A stretch of 63,572 nt of DNA, counting the filler, from Octopus bimaculoides (lineage: Eukaryota): the NCBI RefSeq assembly GCF_001194135.2. It is 7 parts of 7 records of this genome, joined end to end, with 100 filler letters (N's around TTAATTAATTAA, not from the genome) between each part and the next. Parts side by side here need not be neighbours in the genome. Positions count along the whole stretch, not along the records: positions 1 to 8,267 come from NC_068991.1; positions 8,368 to 21,758 come from NC_068984.1; 5 more parts are not named here. The stretch is one strand, 5' to 3'. The translations under genes and the position numbers were made by a program. Position 1 is the first letter of the stretch. Every line of letters starts with the position of its first letter. Below are positions 1 to 12,829 of the stretch, piece by piece. Below the pieces are notes generated by a model, which did not search any database, was not told the DNA's origin, and saw only the letters and a program-made list of their open reading frames with translations.

Positions 1-69
1 TATAGCCTCGGGCCGACCAAAGCCTTGTGGGTGGATTTGGTAGACGGAAACTGAAAGAAGCCCGTCGTA

Positions 70-120
<51 letters not shown>

Positions 121-335
121 GTATGTGTGTTTGTGTATCTGTGTTTGTCCCCCTCACCGTCGCTTGGCAACCGATGCTGGTGTGTTTGCGTCCCCGTAAC
201 TTAGCGGTTCGGCAAAAGGAGACCGATAAAATAAGTACTAGGCTTACAAAAAAATAAGTCCTGGGGTCGATTTGCTCGACTAAAGGCGGTGCTCCAGCAT
301 GGCCGCAGTCAAATGACAAACAAGTAAAAGAGTAT
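1..335 (+). mobile_element. Abundant SINE (3' part, with internal (TA)n)
   Basis: Same family as 6915-7320 (-), 9890-10035 (-), 53840-54230 (+) and 61830-62025 (+). Shared strings: gggccgaccaaagccttgtg, ttggtagacggaaactgaaagaag, gctccagcatggccgcagtc. Confidence 0.85.
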
Positions 336-939
336 ATATATGCCGTTGGCTACGAGACACTTTGCCTAGATAAATGACGTGATGGTCCTGGTTGGAACCC
401 CTTCTATTATTGGACAACTGGATCACATTTGACGCGGCACTAAACCAAACTACACGAAACAATAAAAACAAGAAAGTTAAAACCATGGCGATGATGACAA
501 CGAAGTCGACGGCAGTGATGACGGAGACGAAATGCAAAGATTGCGATGTAGATGCGACACTAAGTGATCACTTAAGACATTCTCCTGTAATCCACCTTCT
601 CCCACCAATACCACCTCCTGCTACCACTAAGCCGACAGTTAACCGCAACAATAAAAGACCGCAAATATGTGTTGTTGGTGAAGAAGTCATCGGGAAAGAC
701 AAGCTGTGACATTTGACGTCGTTTCAAACAACAGAACAGGGATATAATGGAATTACTGTTGGTTAGTGAAGGTGGTGGTGGTGGTTGTAGTGGTGATAGT
801 TTTTGTGTTGATGGCGGAGCCTTGGTGTTTAGTGATAAGAGATGATCGTAAAGGGTGGCGGCGGCAGAGATGAAAGAAAAAATAAATGAAGATAACGGGA
901 AAAGATAGAGAGAAAACAAGAAGAAGAAGGAGGAGAAGG

Positions 940-1212
940 AGAAGAAGAAGAAAAAAAAGAAGAAGAAGAAGAAGAAGAAGAAGAAGAAGAAGAAGAAGAA
1001 GAAGAAGAAGAAGGCGACGACAATAAAGAAGGACAAGAAATATGAAGAGAAGGGGAAGAATTAGTAGGTGAAAAAGGAGTAAAGGAGGAGGAGGAGGAGG
1101 GGGAGGAGGAAAAAGAAGAAATAGGAGAGGACGATGTAGTCGAAGGCAACAACGATGATGACGACGAATAGGAAAAAGAAAAAGAATTAGTGGGAGGAGG
1201 AGAAGGAGGAGG

Positions 1213-1249
<37 letters not shown>

Positions 1250-1640
1250 CAAGAAGAAGAAGAAGAAGAAGAAGAAGAAGAAGAAGAAGAAGAAGAAGAA
1301 AAAGTAGAAGAAAAAGAAGAAATAGTAGAAATAGTAGTAGTAGTAGTAGTAGTAGTAGTAGAAGAAGAAGAAGAAGAAGGAGAAGGAGAAGAAGAAGAAG
1401 AAGAAGAAGAATAGTAGTAGCAGTAGTAGAGTAGCTGAAGGTGGAGAAAGAAAAGAAGAAAATGAAAGAAGGCATGGAAATAGGTGTAGAAAGAGAAGAC
1501 ATAAAAAGAAAAGGCAAAAATTAGAGGAGGTAGAAGAAACAATAACGAAAAGAAAAAACAAAAAAATTTTGGAAATAAGAGGAAAACTGTGGCGGCGGCG
1601 GCAGCGGAAGAGGAGGTGGATGTAGACATAAAACAGCTCA
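940..1640. repeat. Purine-rich trinucleotide mosaic (AAG)n/(GAG)n/(AGT)n
   Basis: Direct reading; it produces the poly-E/F/S/L ORFs in the track. Confidence 0.95.
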
Positions 1641-2201
1641 AAGATTAAAAGAGATTCCAAAGAAAAAACTGAAGAGCAAAGAAGATAAACGAGGAGTTGA
1701 GAATACTAAAAACAGTCGGTGTGCTAATAAAATGTGGTTTTGAATAATTTGTGTTCTTGACAGTATCTTGTAAAATATAGACCAGAACACTGCTGTTTCC
1801 ACCTCTCTCTCTGTCTCCCTGTCTGTTTGTTTCTCTCTTACACGCAATTACGCTCATAACCATACGGATACCTCTTTCTTCTGCCTAAAAGTATAATATA
1901 GAGACGTAATGTTTTATTAATGCCTTGTAGGTACACGGTATTTCGTTACACAACCAAAATATATTATAAAGTATAGGGTGCCATATATTTGGTTTTGTAC
2001 ATAGTCTTGCTCTAGAGAATGTTTACGTAACCATAAGAAAATTATGTGATTGTTTTAAGATTTGAGATTACGTAGACAGTATTTTACGTAGGATATGGGC
2101 AGTTCCCATGAGCACTACCTTTTGAATTTCTGGTATCTGAGCTAGGTAGCAATCAGCCTATTTTGCTATCATTTCTAGGGTACCTATAACAACAGGTACT
2201 G

Positions 2202-2250
<49 letters not shown>

Positions 2251-2454
2251 GAGTGAGAGAGCATCGCATGCCATCAAATTGACACTGGGATACAATTATA
2301 CGAAGCCCAATATACCCGTCATGACTACCTTTCTGTTAAGGGCACACCAGGCACGTGCATCACAACCACAAGTACGCGTTATGATGATCTTATGTCACGA
2401 TAAACAGCGCATGACCTCGCAGGTGAGGCCCATTTAGAATTTTCTTCAGGTCGA

Positions 2455-2795
2455 GTAGCCCATCCCACTCAAAAGATCCCTGAATAAGTGTTGTTTCAGG
2501 ATGATGAACGAAACAGCCATGTTTCCAGAGGTGAATTATGCAAACCCCAAAGAATTTCTCTCAACACATGGCTGTGATGCTCCCCCACTACTTCTGCTCA
2601 TGATCAGAGATGCACATATCGTCAACCACTAAGGGACATGCTCAACTGGTTAAGGTCAAACAACTGACAAGCAGATGTGTGTTATTGAGCAGAATATTTA
2701 CTGTAGCCCATCTTTTGTACAAATGTTCATGATAACACTTCCAATCAGTTAAGATCAGAAGCCATGAGTGTCACTGCCTCGTATTGCATTAGGGC

Positions 2796-2800
<5 letters not shown>
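2455..2800. mobile_element. Probable interspersed repeat (SINE- or LINE-3'-like) ending in an (ATT)n/(AGT)n tail
   Basis: Non-coding GC-richer block followed by a microsatellite tail. Recognised as a common octopus repeat from memory, not verified by search. Confidence 0.5.
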
Positions 2801-2842
<42 letters not shown>

Positions 2843-2909
2843 GTAGTAGTAGTAGTAGTAGTAGTAGCAGTAGTAGTAGTAGTAGTAGTAGTAGTATTTC
2901 GTCCGTCTT

Positions 2910-3052
2910 CACGTCCCGAGTTCAAAATTCCGCCGAGGTCGAATTTGCCTTTCATCCTTTCGGTCGATAAAATAAGTACCAGTTGATGAACGCTGGAGTG
3001 GACCTTTACCCCTCTCTCCTGTACTTACTGGCCCTGCGCCAAAATTTGAAAC

Positions 3053-3055
<3 letters not shown>
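2910..3055 (+). mobile_element. SINE fragment
   Basis: gagttcaaaattccgccgaggtcgaatttgcctttcatcctttcggtcgataaaataagtaccag matches the family at 8893-9110, 16340-16550, 34258-34470 and 44590-44790. Confidence 0.8.
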
Positions 3056-3107
<52 letters not shown>

Positions 3108-3185
3108 TTGCTTCTTAAGCAATTTTTTAAATAAGTTTGCCAACTAAAAATACTATGGCTACGAATGCGATGCTGCTATTATTCA

Positions 3186-3238
<53 letters not shown>

Positions 3239-3781
3239 TGACCAGCGATAGTCAAAGTTGTGTGTGTGTATGTGTGTGTTTGTGCGTTCGTGTGTGCGTG
3301 CGTATGTGTGTGTGTGAGAGAGAGAGAGAGAGAAAGAAAAAAAGAGAAAAGACAGAGTGGACAATGCGATATCCATTGATATTACATGTCAGGTCGTGGT
3401 TATTTTCATACAGATATTTTTTTCTCTCTTGTATTCATAAAAGTCATGTCGTTTTGCCCTCTTAGTTGTATTTATCTTATTTTATTTTATTTCATTTTAG
3501 TTATTTATTTCAAATCTTGAAATTATTTCTATGAAAGCAAATGAGAAGGTACGCACACATACAGAGACATAAAAATACTACCCCCCCCCACCTAAAAAAA
3601 ACCCAAAATAAAAACACTCCACATGCACACACATAAAAATACGTAACAAACACACAAAAACACAAAAATATACACTTCCATGTATACATATATGCACATC
3701 CGTACATATGCATTAGAGAAACCGAAAAAAGTGTACACACACAGACAGCCCACACACACATTAAAATCCGATCAAACACAT

Positions 3782-3818
<37 letters not shown>

Positions 3819-3860
3819 TACACACATACATATGTGTATATAAGCTTGTATCTATGCATA

Positions 3861-3905
<45 letters not shown>

Positions 3906-5688
3906 GTATGTATATATATATTCGTACACATAAAAATGGGTTGCATATCAACATATACAGACTAACATGTTTGCATAAGGACTCCTATCACACACAAACA
4001 CACACATATACACGCACGTATATAAACAGACACAGACATACAACCGTCCATATTAACTCCCCCCCCCACACACAAGCACACAAACACACTGAAGCACACA
4101 TAGTCATACAAAAGTATACACATGTATATCCACATAAAACTCATAAATACATATAGATTCATATGAACGTTCGTATACGCATACAAACACATGCATGAAT
4201 ACACATTCATTCAAACATAAATACACATTTGTACAAACACACAGACACACACACACATACATACATTTAAAAGAACATAGACACATACACATATCCCCTG
4301 TTGCACGTTCGATCATACACGCAAACGCATACATAAATACGTAGTTATACACATACACACACGAACTCACAGATATTAGAACAAAAGAAATTTAAATAAA
4401 AAAAAATAATAAATAAGATAAAATGAACATTGAAGAAAGATACAGAAATTAATATTATAGTAATTAAATATAACATTACAAAAAATTAAATTGTATTAAT
4501 TAATTAGTACAATTTAAGGTTAATTAGCAAACCCACAGCCTATTTTTGTTTGTTCATTTATTTATTTGACTGTTTTATTAGTGCGTCTAGACAACTTGTA
4601 AAGTTTGTGAATTGTCAGAGATAATGATGAGAGGGGGGGAGAGAGAAGAGGAGGAGAGAGAACGAGGAGTATAAGTGAGAGAGTGAGAGGGGAGAGAGAA
4701 AGAAGGGGAGGGAGATAGAAAGTGCATGGAATAGGAGACTTACAAAAATGAGGAAGAAGAGAAAATGAAAGTGAAAGTGAGAAAGAAAAAGAGCGAGTCA
4801 TGGAATGAGTGGAGGAAGAAAGCGACAGAAAAGCAAAGAAAGAAAGAAACAAAGAAAGAGAAAAGAGAGAGAGAGANNNNNNNNNNNNNNNNNNNNNNNN
4901 NNNNNNNNNNNNNNNNNNNNNNNNNNNNNNNNNNNNNNNNNNNNNNNNNNNNNNNNNNNNNNNNNNNNNNNNNNNNNNNNNNNNNNNNNNNNNNNNNNNN
5001 NNNNNNNNNNNNNNNNNNNNNNNNNNNNNNNNNNNNNNNNNNNNNNNNNNNNNNNNNNNNNNNNNNNNNNNNNNNNNNNNNNNNNNNNNNNNNNNNNNNN
5101 NNNNNNNNNNNNNNNNNNNNNNNNNNNNNNNNNNNNNNNNNNNNNNNNNNNNNNNNNNNNNNNNNNNNNNNNNNNNNNNNNNNNNNNNNNNNNNNNNNNN
5201 NNNNNNNNNNNNNNNNNNNNNNNNNNNNNNNNNNNNNNNNNNNNNNNNNNNNNNNNNNNNNNNNNNNNNNNNNNNNNNNNNNNNNNNNNNNNNNNNNNNN
5301 NNNNNNNNNNNNNNNNNNNNNNNNNNNNNNNNNNNNNNNNNNNNNNNNNNNNNNNNNNNNNNNNNNNNNNNNNNNNNNNNNNNNNNNNNNNNNNNNNNNN
5401 NNNNNNNNNNNNNNNNNNNNNNNNNNNNNNNNNNNNNNNNNNNNNNNNNNNNNNNNNNNNNNNNNNNNNNNNNNNNNNNNNNNNNNNNNNNNNNNNNNNN
5501 NNNNNNNNNNNNNNNNNNNNNNNNNNNNNNNNNNNNNNNNNNNNNNNNNNNNNNNNNNNNNNNNNNNNNNNNNNNNNNNNNNNNNNNNNNNNNNNNNNNN
5601 NNNNNNNNNNNNNNNNNNNNNTAATAAATATGAAAAAAATATCAAAATTGTTTACAGCCAGACATGCACAACACACCTGCTTAATGAC

Positions 5689-5745
<57 letters not shown>

Positions 5746-6169
5746 GGATTTGCATCATTCATCATTGTTGATTTTTGTTTGTGTTTATGTAAAATTTCGA
5801 TCTCTTCGTTATGTGTAAGCTTGTTTAGATTTGTGTCACGGTGGTGTGTTATTTATTGTAAGAGCAAACAGTTGTATTGTATTTTGATGTTTATGTCTTT
5901 GTTGTACCTGTGGCCAAAAAAAAAAAAAATACAAAGAAAGAAAAAGGTTTCAGTTTAATTGGTTTCTTAATTAGTTTATCTCGTGTGGAACGACATGAAA
6001 TACAATTGCAGTGACCGCTGTCTTCATTAACTATTAGCAAGCATTGTCGCTCTTATTTCATTTTTGAAAATTTTCTTTGCAAGTTATGTTTTCCATTGTG
6101 AGCTTTCGCTGCGTAACCAAGCACGTTCTGTGCACGTTGATCACATACAATGCTTTATTTTTTATGTGT

Positions 6170-6470
6170 ATATGTATGTGTTTTGTATTGTATTACATGT
6201 ACAGAGAAACCTCCTAGTATAGTGCTATTTTCTGTATGTTTTGTATAAATCCTGGTATTTGATTGTTTACATGTTCATATTACTTTTTAATTCCATCTTT
6301 TCGGAGTCGCCAGTTATTATCATAAGGAGTGTTTCTATTTTCAGTCTTCAAATCTACTTATCTCTGTTTCCTGAAATTTCTCTAATGGGTAGTTTTTCTC
6401 TATTTCTATTGATGTTGAAACATCGATAAGATGACATTGTTTTCAGAAATTTCGAAGTTGCATATGCAAA
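6170..6470 (-). mobile_element. R4/Dong-like non-LTR retrotransposon, degenerate restriction-like endonuclease end
   Basis: Broken frames read CHLIDVS...LKIETLLMIITGDSEKMELK...QIPGFIQTY, matching the better-preserved copy at 21859-22095. Confidence 0.55.
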
Positions 6471-6914
6471 TAATTTCCTTATATATGAAAAAGTATGAAT
6501 ATTGGTCAACTAATCAAATGATTTTGTTCATAATTGTTTGTTTAAGAATTTCTTGTTTCTTCCTCGTCATCATTTCCGATTGTCAATTACTCTAATACTT
6601 TAAAATCTTCATCCGTATCAATAATTACTCTGCATTTTTCAGCTTTTTAAAACAAATAACTGAATTATTATTTTCAATATCTCCAAAACTATTTTTCTAT
6701 CTGAAGATTTATTTAGATATCGTATCCGCATAAATATACAAATATGTACCTTTTTCTCAAACTGCTGCGAAATTGGATTTATTCCTTAGAATGGAATCAT
6801 CATCTTTATAAAAATGAAAAAAAAAAAACCTTAAATGTTCACTCTAGCACGGTGATGTTTGATTTTCGTCCAGAAAAACTTCTTCAATAATAAATCGATG
6901 ATATTTTCGGATAC

Positions 6915-7320
6915 TCTTTTACTCTTTTACTTGTTTCAATCATTTGACTGCGGCCATGCTGGAGCATCGCCTTTAGTCGAGCAAATCGACTCCAGGACTT
7001 ATTCTTTGTAAGCCTAGTACTTATTCTATCGGTCTCTTTTTGCCGAGCCGCTAAGTTACGGGGACGTAAACACACCAGCATCGGTTGTCAGGCGATGGTG
7101 GGGGAACAAACACAGACACACAAACACATAAATGTATATACATATATACGATGGGCTTCTTTCAGTTTCCGTCTACCAAATCCACTCACAAGGCTTTGGT
7201 GGGCCCGAGGCTATAGTGGAGACACTTGCCCAAGGTGCCACGCAGTGGGACTGAACCCGGGACCATGTGGTTGGTAAGCAAGCTACTTACCACACAGCCA
7301 CTCCTACGCCTATACATAGC
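6915..7320 (-). mobile_element. SINE, near full length
   Basis: Reverse complement of the family at 1-335, including the head gtaagtagcttgcttaccaaccacatggtcccgggttcagtccc (B-box-like). Confidence 0.85.
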
Positions 7321-8311
7321 CACTCCTTCTTGATAGTTGTTTTTACATTTTGATGTCGATCACATTTTTCGGTGAATTTTGTTTAGTTTACTTGCTTCAT
7401 TGGATCCGGTGTCCTGTTATAGTATGTTCTTAAAAATAAGAAGTTCACTGTATTGTTCCCATTTCCTCGGTAGGTAAGACTTATATGAACTCTTTGGGGT
7501 TTATTGAGTGCTCCACGCTCTCTGTTTATACCACGTCGTTTATTTTGTCCACTTCTTCCTTATTCTTTCCTTCTCGCGTAAATCTTTTGAAGATTTTCTT
7601 CATTATTTCTTGTAGAATGCTTTCGATATCTTGTGCTTAAATTTGTGAGTTGCATTTTGAAATCGAAGTGTATGCTTTTTTCAGTTTTGAGTTAGCGTAT
7701 TTCTGAAGTTTCTTCTGCACATGTGTGGAGACACTCGGTTGGTTGGTTGAACGAGTTAGAATGAATTAGAATGAATTACAATACATAAGCAACAGATATG
7801 ATAGTCGGAACAAATAAGAACAAAAACGCACACACTGAAATCGAATTTATTTAGAAAATTGCAGTAAGGGCATTTTCAAGATTCTTTTTGTTTGTTCCAT
7901 AAATACTCATGAGAAAATCTAAAATACTGGAAACAAATAGAAAAATATTCTTCGAAGAAACTTCAGAGAAACTAACCATTTAAAGACAAACCAATAATAA
8001 AGTTTGACAATGCTGACATTACACAGCAACCCATAAAGTAACTAATATTGCTCCATTTTGACAAGTCCCATGATGGATGAAAGCGTCAGAATCAAGGGAC
8101 AACGTATCATTTTTTCTGCAGGGGATCTTAAATTAACACACACGCACACGTATGCGCGCGTGCACAAACACATACATACACACATACATCTATATATACT
8201 TTTCACGAAATAATTTCATCGGCCTGATCTCGTGAATTTCGGCTGCATAGTATTCTGTATATATATANNNNNNNNNNNNNNNNNNNNNNNNNNNNNNNNN
8301 NNNNNNNNNNN

Positions 8312-8323
8312 TTAATTAATTAA
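8312..8323. other. Assembly linker TTAATTAATTAA (also at 21803, 43578, 49599, 55224, 61723)
   Basis: Identical 12-mer with stops in all six frames, centred in 100-bp N blocks (44 N each side at the copies counted). Confidence 0.95.
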
Positions 8324-8367
8324 NNNNNNNNNNNNNNNNNNNNNNNNNNNNNNNNNNNNNNNNNNNN

Positions 8368-8421
<54 letters not shown>

Positions 8422-8725
8422 TATTGATAAGGCATTATCAATCTGGGAAAAATACTTCTTAAGATTTCTGCTGATACAATGACACCAGGCTAACAAAGGT
8501 GGAACAGTAAATAGAAAATGTGAATTTGTAATTCTTATCTACGTTGAAACGATCGAATTTTATATCTATATTAGAAACCAACTCGTCTCTTAGAGGAAGA
8601 TTTCAAATAATTAAAAAGAAAAGAGAATATACACATACATAAAGAGATGCACACGCACACACACACACACACATACATACATACATACATACATACATGC
8701 ATGCATACATACATACATACATACA

Positions 8726-8757
<32 letters not shown>

Positions 8758-8892
8758 CTCGTACTTGTATACATACACTTATACATTGATCCGTATATAT
8801 ACACACACACACGCATACACTAAGAGGCACATATCAATAATAATTGTTACAGTTCTATATGATCGTTTCAACGTTTTGCAATATTCTATAGG

Positions 8893-9110
8893 CGTAAGGC
8901 GGCGAGCTGGCTGAAACGTTAGCACGCCGGGTGAAATGCTTAGCGGTGTTTCGTCGGTCTTTAGGTTCTGAGTTCAAATTCCTCTGAGGTCGACTTGGAC
9001 TTTCATCATTTCAAGGTCGATGAATTAAGTACCAGTTGCGTACGTGGATCGATCTAATCGACTGGCCCCCTCCCCCAAAATTTCGAGCCTTGTACCTAGA
9101 GTAGAAAAGA
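8893..9110 (+). mobile_element. SINE
   Basis: ggcgtaaggcggcgagctgg...gagttcaaattcc...ggtcgatctaatcgactggccccctcccccaaaattt...ctagagtagaaaagaat; several copies in the window. Confidence 0.85.
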
Positions 9111-9159
9111 ATATACTATAGGCGTATTTGTGTTAATACTTCTTCAGGTCAAAATAATA

Positions 9160-9362
9160 TTCGTTTCTACTCTAGGCACAAGGCCCGAAATTTTGGGGGA
9201 GGGGGCCAGTCGATTAGATCGACCTCAGTACGCAGCTGGTATTTAATTTATCGATCCCGGAAGGATGAAAGGCAAAGTCGACCTCGGGGGAATTTGAACT
9301 CAGAACGTGAAGACAGACGAAATACCGCTAGGCATTTCACCCGGCATGCTAACGTTTCTGCC
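9160..9362 (-). mobile_element. SINE, inverted copy of 8893-9110
   Basis: Reverse complement of the same family about 50 bp downstream. Confidence 0.85.
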
Positions 9363-9529
9363 AAGGTCAAAATAATATTGAATTCATAATACAATAAATA
9401 TGGAAAAAAGTTGATTTGTAGCAGAAGAAAGACAAAAAGATAAACTAAAAGGAAAAGGCTGGAAGTGACAGATGACAGAGACATTAACGGCACGCCCTAA
9501 GGTTTATGTTCCATAACTAGGTAAAAACA

Positions 9530-9850
9530 CCCTTCAGTCGTGGTGTTGCACCTGGAAAGTTCCCCTCCGAGAAACAAGTCAGGGCAAGGCTGTTTTTCTT
9601 GAAGGCCAGCAGTCGCCCATGCATACCGGCCTCCCCTCTCTATGTCACCAATGTTAGCCAAAGGAATGGCAAAGGCCGATAGAGCTTGGCACCAGTGACG
9701 TCGCAATTCATTTCTACAACTGAATGAACTGGAGCAACGTGAAATAAAGTGTCTTGCTCAAGAACACAACACACAGACTGGTCCGGTTATCGAACTCACT
9801 ACCTCATGATTGTGAGAGCGACACTCTAACCACTAACCCATGCGCCTTCA
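9530..9850. mobile_element. SINE-like repeat
   Basis: Related in opposite orientation to 16710-17045: gagcaacgtgaaataaagtgtcttgctcaagaacac versus gtgttcttgagcaagacactttatttcgcgttgctc. Confidence 0.7.
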
Positions 9851-10488
9851 CATGGATGTCCATGACTAGGACAATGTAATGTGTATTCCACCTACCAAAT
9901 CCACTCACAAGGCTTTGGGTTGGCTTGAGGTTATAGTAGAAGAAATTTGCCCGAAGTGCTACGCAATGGGACTGAAACCGGAACCATGTGGTTGGTAAGC
10001 AGGCTACTTACCACACAGCCACTCCTGCGCCTATGATGACCAAGATGTATATATGAACTCCAAATACGTTGACGCAGTAGCGTTTTCGTATCTTATAGTT
10101 GTTATAATGTTTATAAGATCCATACTTTTTTCCAAACAGTGCTAGAATTTAAACCGAGATCGCACAAAAGAGAAATGTTTGTGAAAAAATGGACGATTAA
10201 TGCTGAAAAGCAACAAGTACATTGTAAGTATTTTATTTCATGACAATGAAACATAGCTATCTGGAATAATACTTCAAGTATAGGAAATATTAAAATATTT
10301 AATGTGTTCATGTGCAGTTCTTGTGATTGGTCCTGGTGAAGTTAATGCAAACTGCATTTTTCATGATCCTACTCAGTAACAAAACATTCTTATATTCCAC
10401 AGGATACGTTACAATTAGTCTTAGGGTTTTTAGCCAAAGCGCTCGACGTATGTTCATATAAGTTTTGAATAATTAGGGACTACGAATA

Positions 10489-10548
<60 letters not shown>

Positions 10549-11086
10549 NNNNNNNNNNNNNNNNNNNNNNNNNNNNNNNNNNNNNNNNNNNNNNNNNNNN
10601 NNNNNNNNNNNNNNNNNNNNNNNNNNNNNNNNNNNNNNNNNNNNNNNNNNNNNNNNNNNNNNNNNNNNNNNNNNNNNNNNNNNNNNNNNNNNNNNNNNNN
10701 NNNNNNNNNNNNNNNNNNNNNNNNNNNNNNNNNNNNNNNNNNNNNNNNNNNNNNNNNNNNNNNNNNNNNNNNNNNNNNNNNNNNNNNNNNNNNNNNNNNN
10801 NNNNNNNNNNNNNNNNNNNNNNNNNNNNNNNNNNNNNNNNNNNNNNNNNNNNNNNNNNNNNNNNNNNNNNNNNNNNNNNNNNNNNNNNNNNNNNNNNNNN
10901 NNNNNNNNNNNNNNNNNNNNNNNNNATTAACAATTAATAATTTTTACCAAGCCCATCGGTATGAAAGCACCATTATTGGTGGAGAACTTATTTAAAAGCT
11001 CATATATATTTATAAACATAATTAAGGAGCTGCTATTTCTGAACTTCGGTATATGGTGAAGCAAAAATTTGCTGATCCCTTAATTA

Positions 11087-11131
<45 letters not shown>

Positions 11132-11203
11132 GAGATGTTTTGGAATCCAGAAAACCCAAAAGGCAGGCAAGGCTATATAAGTGCTAGTTAACTCCCTCAT
11201 ATC

Positions 11204-11251
11204 GTCTCTGATGATGAGATATCTTTTATATCCCTGAAACAGCTGTAAGAC
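11204..11251 (+). ncRNA. Type I hammerhead ribozyme-like motif (Penelope-type, palindromic stem III)
   Basis: GTCT-CTGATGA-T-GAGATAT(CTTTT)ATATCCC-T-GAAAC-AGCT-GTA-AGAC. Stem I is GTCT/AGAC, core CUGAUGA and GAAA, cleavage triplet GUA, palindromic ACAGCTGT stem III. The base of stem II is imperfect. Confidence 0.7.
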
Positions 11252-11548
11252 TACCTTTAGCTGTGTAAATGTCCTAGAAATTTCACACTGCCTTGGCTTC
11301 GTTGTCTCTTATTTAACACACAGAGACGCATATATATGTGTGAGATAGATTTCCAAATTTTTGTTGGTAGGGATATAGAATCTGAGTGGGTACCTTAGTG
11401 GCTTTTACCGGTTATTAACGCCGCCTAACCTCAGTGAGTGTATAAAAAAAACTCTAGTTAGACTGAGGTTAATAAATCAAACTATCTTCACAGAAGTAAA
11501 TCCATATGTCTATACAGGGGCTGCTCGTTTTCGGTTGAGAAAATAATT

Positions 11549-11985
11549 AATTTATAATAAAGGAGAACAGACATTTACATCCAGATTTATTCGTCAGTTG
11601 ATTTTTCTAGTTTTATTCGTCTTTATATTTCTGTACCTAGGTATGTTTCTGCAGAAAATAATGCACGCTGCAAAATTTGCATGTATGCACATTTAATGTT
11701 AATTGTCGCGTCTTCATCTTCAGGGTGGTGTCAACCGCATTGTTCAGATAGAATATAAATTAAATACAAATCTACCCGATATCTATTATTCACGCTGGAC
11801 TTGTATTTAATTTAGACTCCACCCTGAAGATGCAGCAGCTTACAATAAGTGCACATAAAGATGCAAATTTTTCAGTGTGCATTATTAATTGCTGCAGAAA
11901 CATACGTAGGTGCAGAAATGAAAAGAAGTAATTAACTGCTGAATAAAATCGGATATAAATCTCTGTTATCCTTTATTATAAATTC
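11549..11985. mobile_element. Foldback/MITE-like long imperfect palindrome
   Basis: aatttataataaagga pairs with ccttttattataaatt, cttcatcttcagggtgg with ccaccctgaagatg, and aaattaaatacaa with ttgtatttaattt. Confidence 0.75.
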
Positions 11986-12019
11986 TCTCTCTCTCTCTCA
12001 CGCGCACACACACACACAC

Positions 12020-12510
12020 ATGTTGGATCATCTCATAAATAAAGCGGTTTTTTTCAATTGCATGAAATAAAATGTCGGAGGGGGATGAGATAAACTATTG
12101 GATCTGTCAGTAGTAATTTTACCTTGTCCTTATTCTTAGTGCAAGTTTTAAAGAGTGCAGTTCGATTTTAACAGTTAATTTTTTTCAAAGCTATAATGGA
12201 AGTGAGAAAGGAGCATATTCGGCATATTTTGCTTTATGAGTTCAATAAAGGCAACAACGCAACGGAAAGGGCGAGGAATATTGATGCAGTATTTTGGGAT
12301 CGGACAATAAGCGTAAGCCAGTTTCAACGGTAGTTCCAGAAATTCCGAGACAGCAAATACAGCCTAGAAGAGCTTCGTCCCGGAAGATCTGTAGAACTGG
12401 ACGAGGACGTCCTGTAAACCCTGGTGGAACAAAATTCTATCGTAACTGTTGAGGAACTCGCAGAGAAGCTTGGATTTGGTCATTCAACCATTCATCGATG
12501 CCTGCGTGAT
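12020..12510 (+). mobile_element. Mariner (Mos1-like) transposon 5' fragment
   Basis: From about 12197: MEVRKEHIRHILLYEFNKGNNATERARNI...FQR*FQKFR...RPGRSVELDEDVL*TLVEQN..VTVEELAEKLGFGHSTIHRCL, a mariner HTH with stop codons. Confidence 0.85.
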
Positions 12511-12829
12511 ATTTCATCTTTCTTCAATTCTTCCCAACCTGTTTAACATATTTAATTCTGTTTAATAATCTGTAACGTTTTTTTTTGTAGCTGAACATAA
12601 TAAGGACACGATCTTCAACATACATTTCCATAAGACGTACAGATGTACGTTAGCGTCCGTACAAGACTTACGCTAACATGACGTACATTTTAACTTGAGA
12701 GATAATACTTATTGATGTCCTTTACAAGTTAAGGGACGGCTTTATCAATATCAACTTTCACTCAAGACAACTAAAATATACACACGTACATGAGTGTAAA
12801 ATAAGCAGCTTTAAAATAACAATTATTTC

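Noticed and set aside
392-709. 105-aa plus-strand ORF
   Set aside because: Low-complexity GAT/GAC/CCA-rich sequence next to a SINE, with no homology or splice support.
572-1660. Long ORFs with poly-E/F/S/L/Y runs and the Trp-rich tail LVFPDDFFTNNTY...WYWWEK
   Set aside because: Translations of trinucleotide repeats; the Trp residues are the antisense of CCA-rich low-complexity sequence. No domain is recognisable.
4740-5958. ORFs running through N gaps (also at 19.8k, 25.7k, 45.6k, 48.3k, 51.6k, 52.6k and 59k)
   Set aside because: They are open only because N translates as X.
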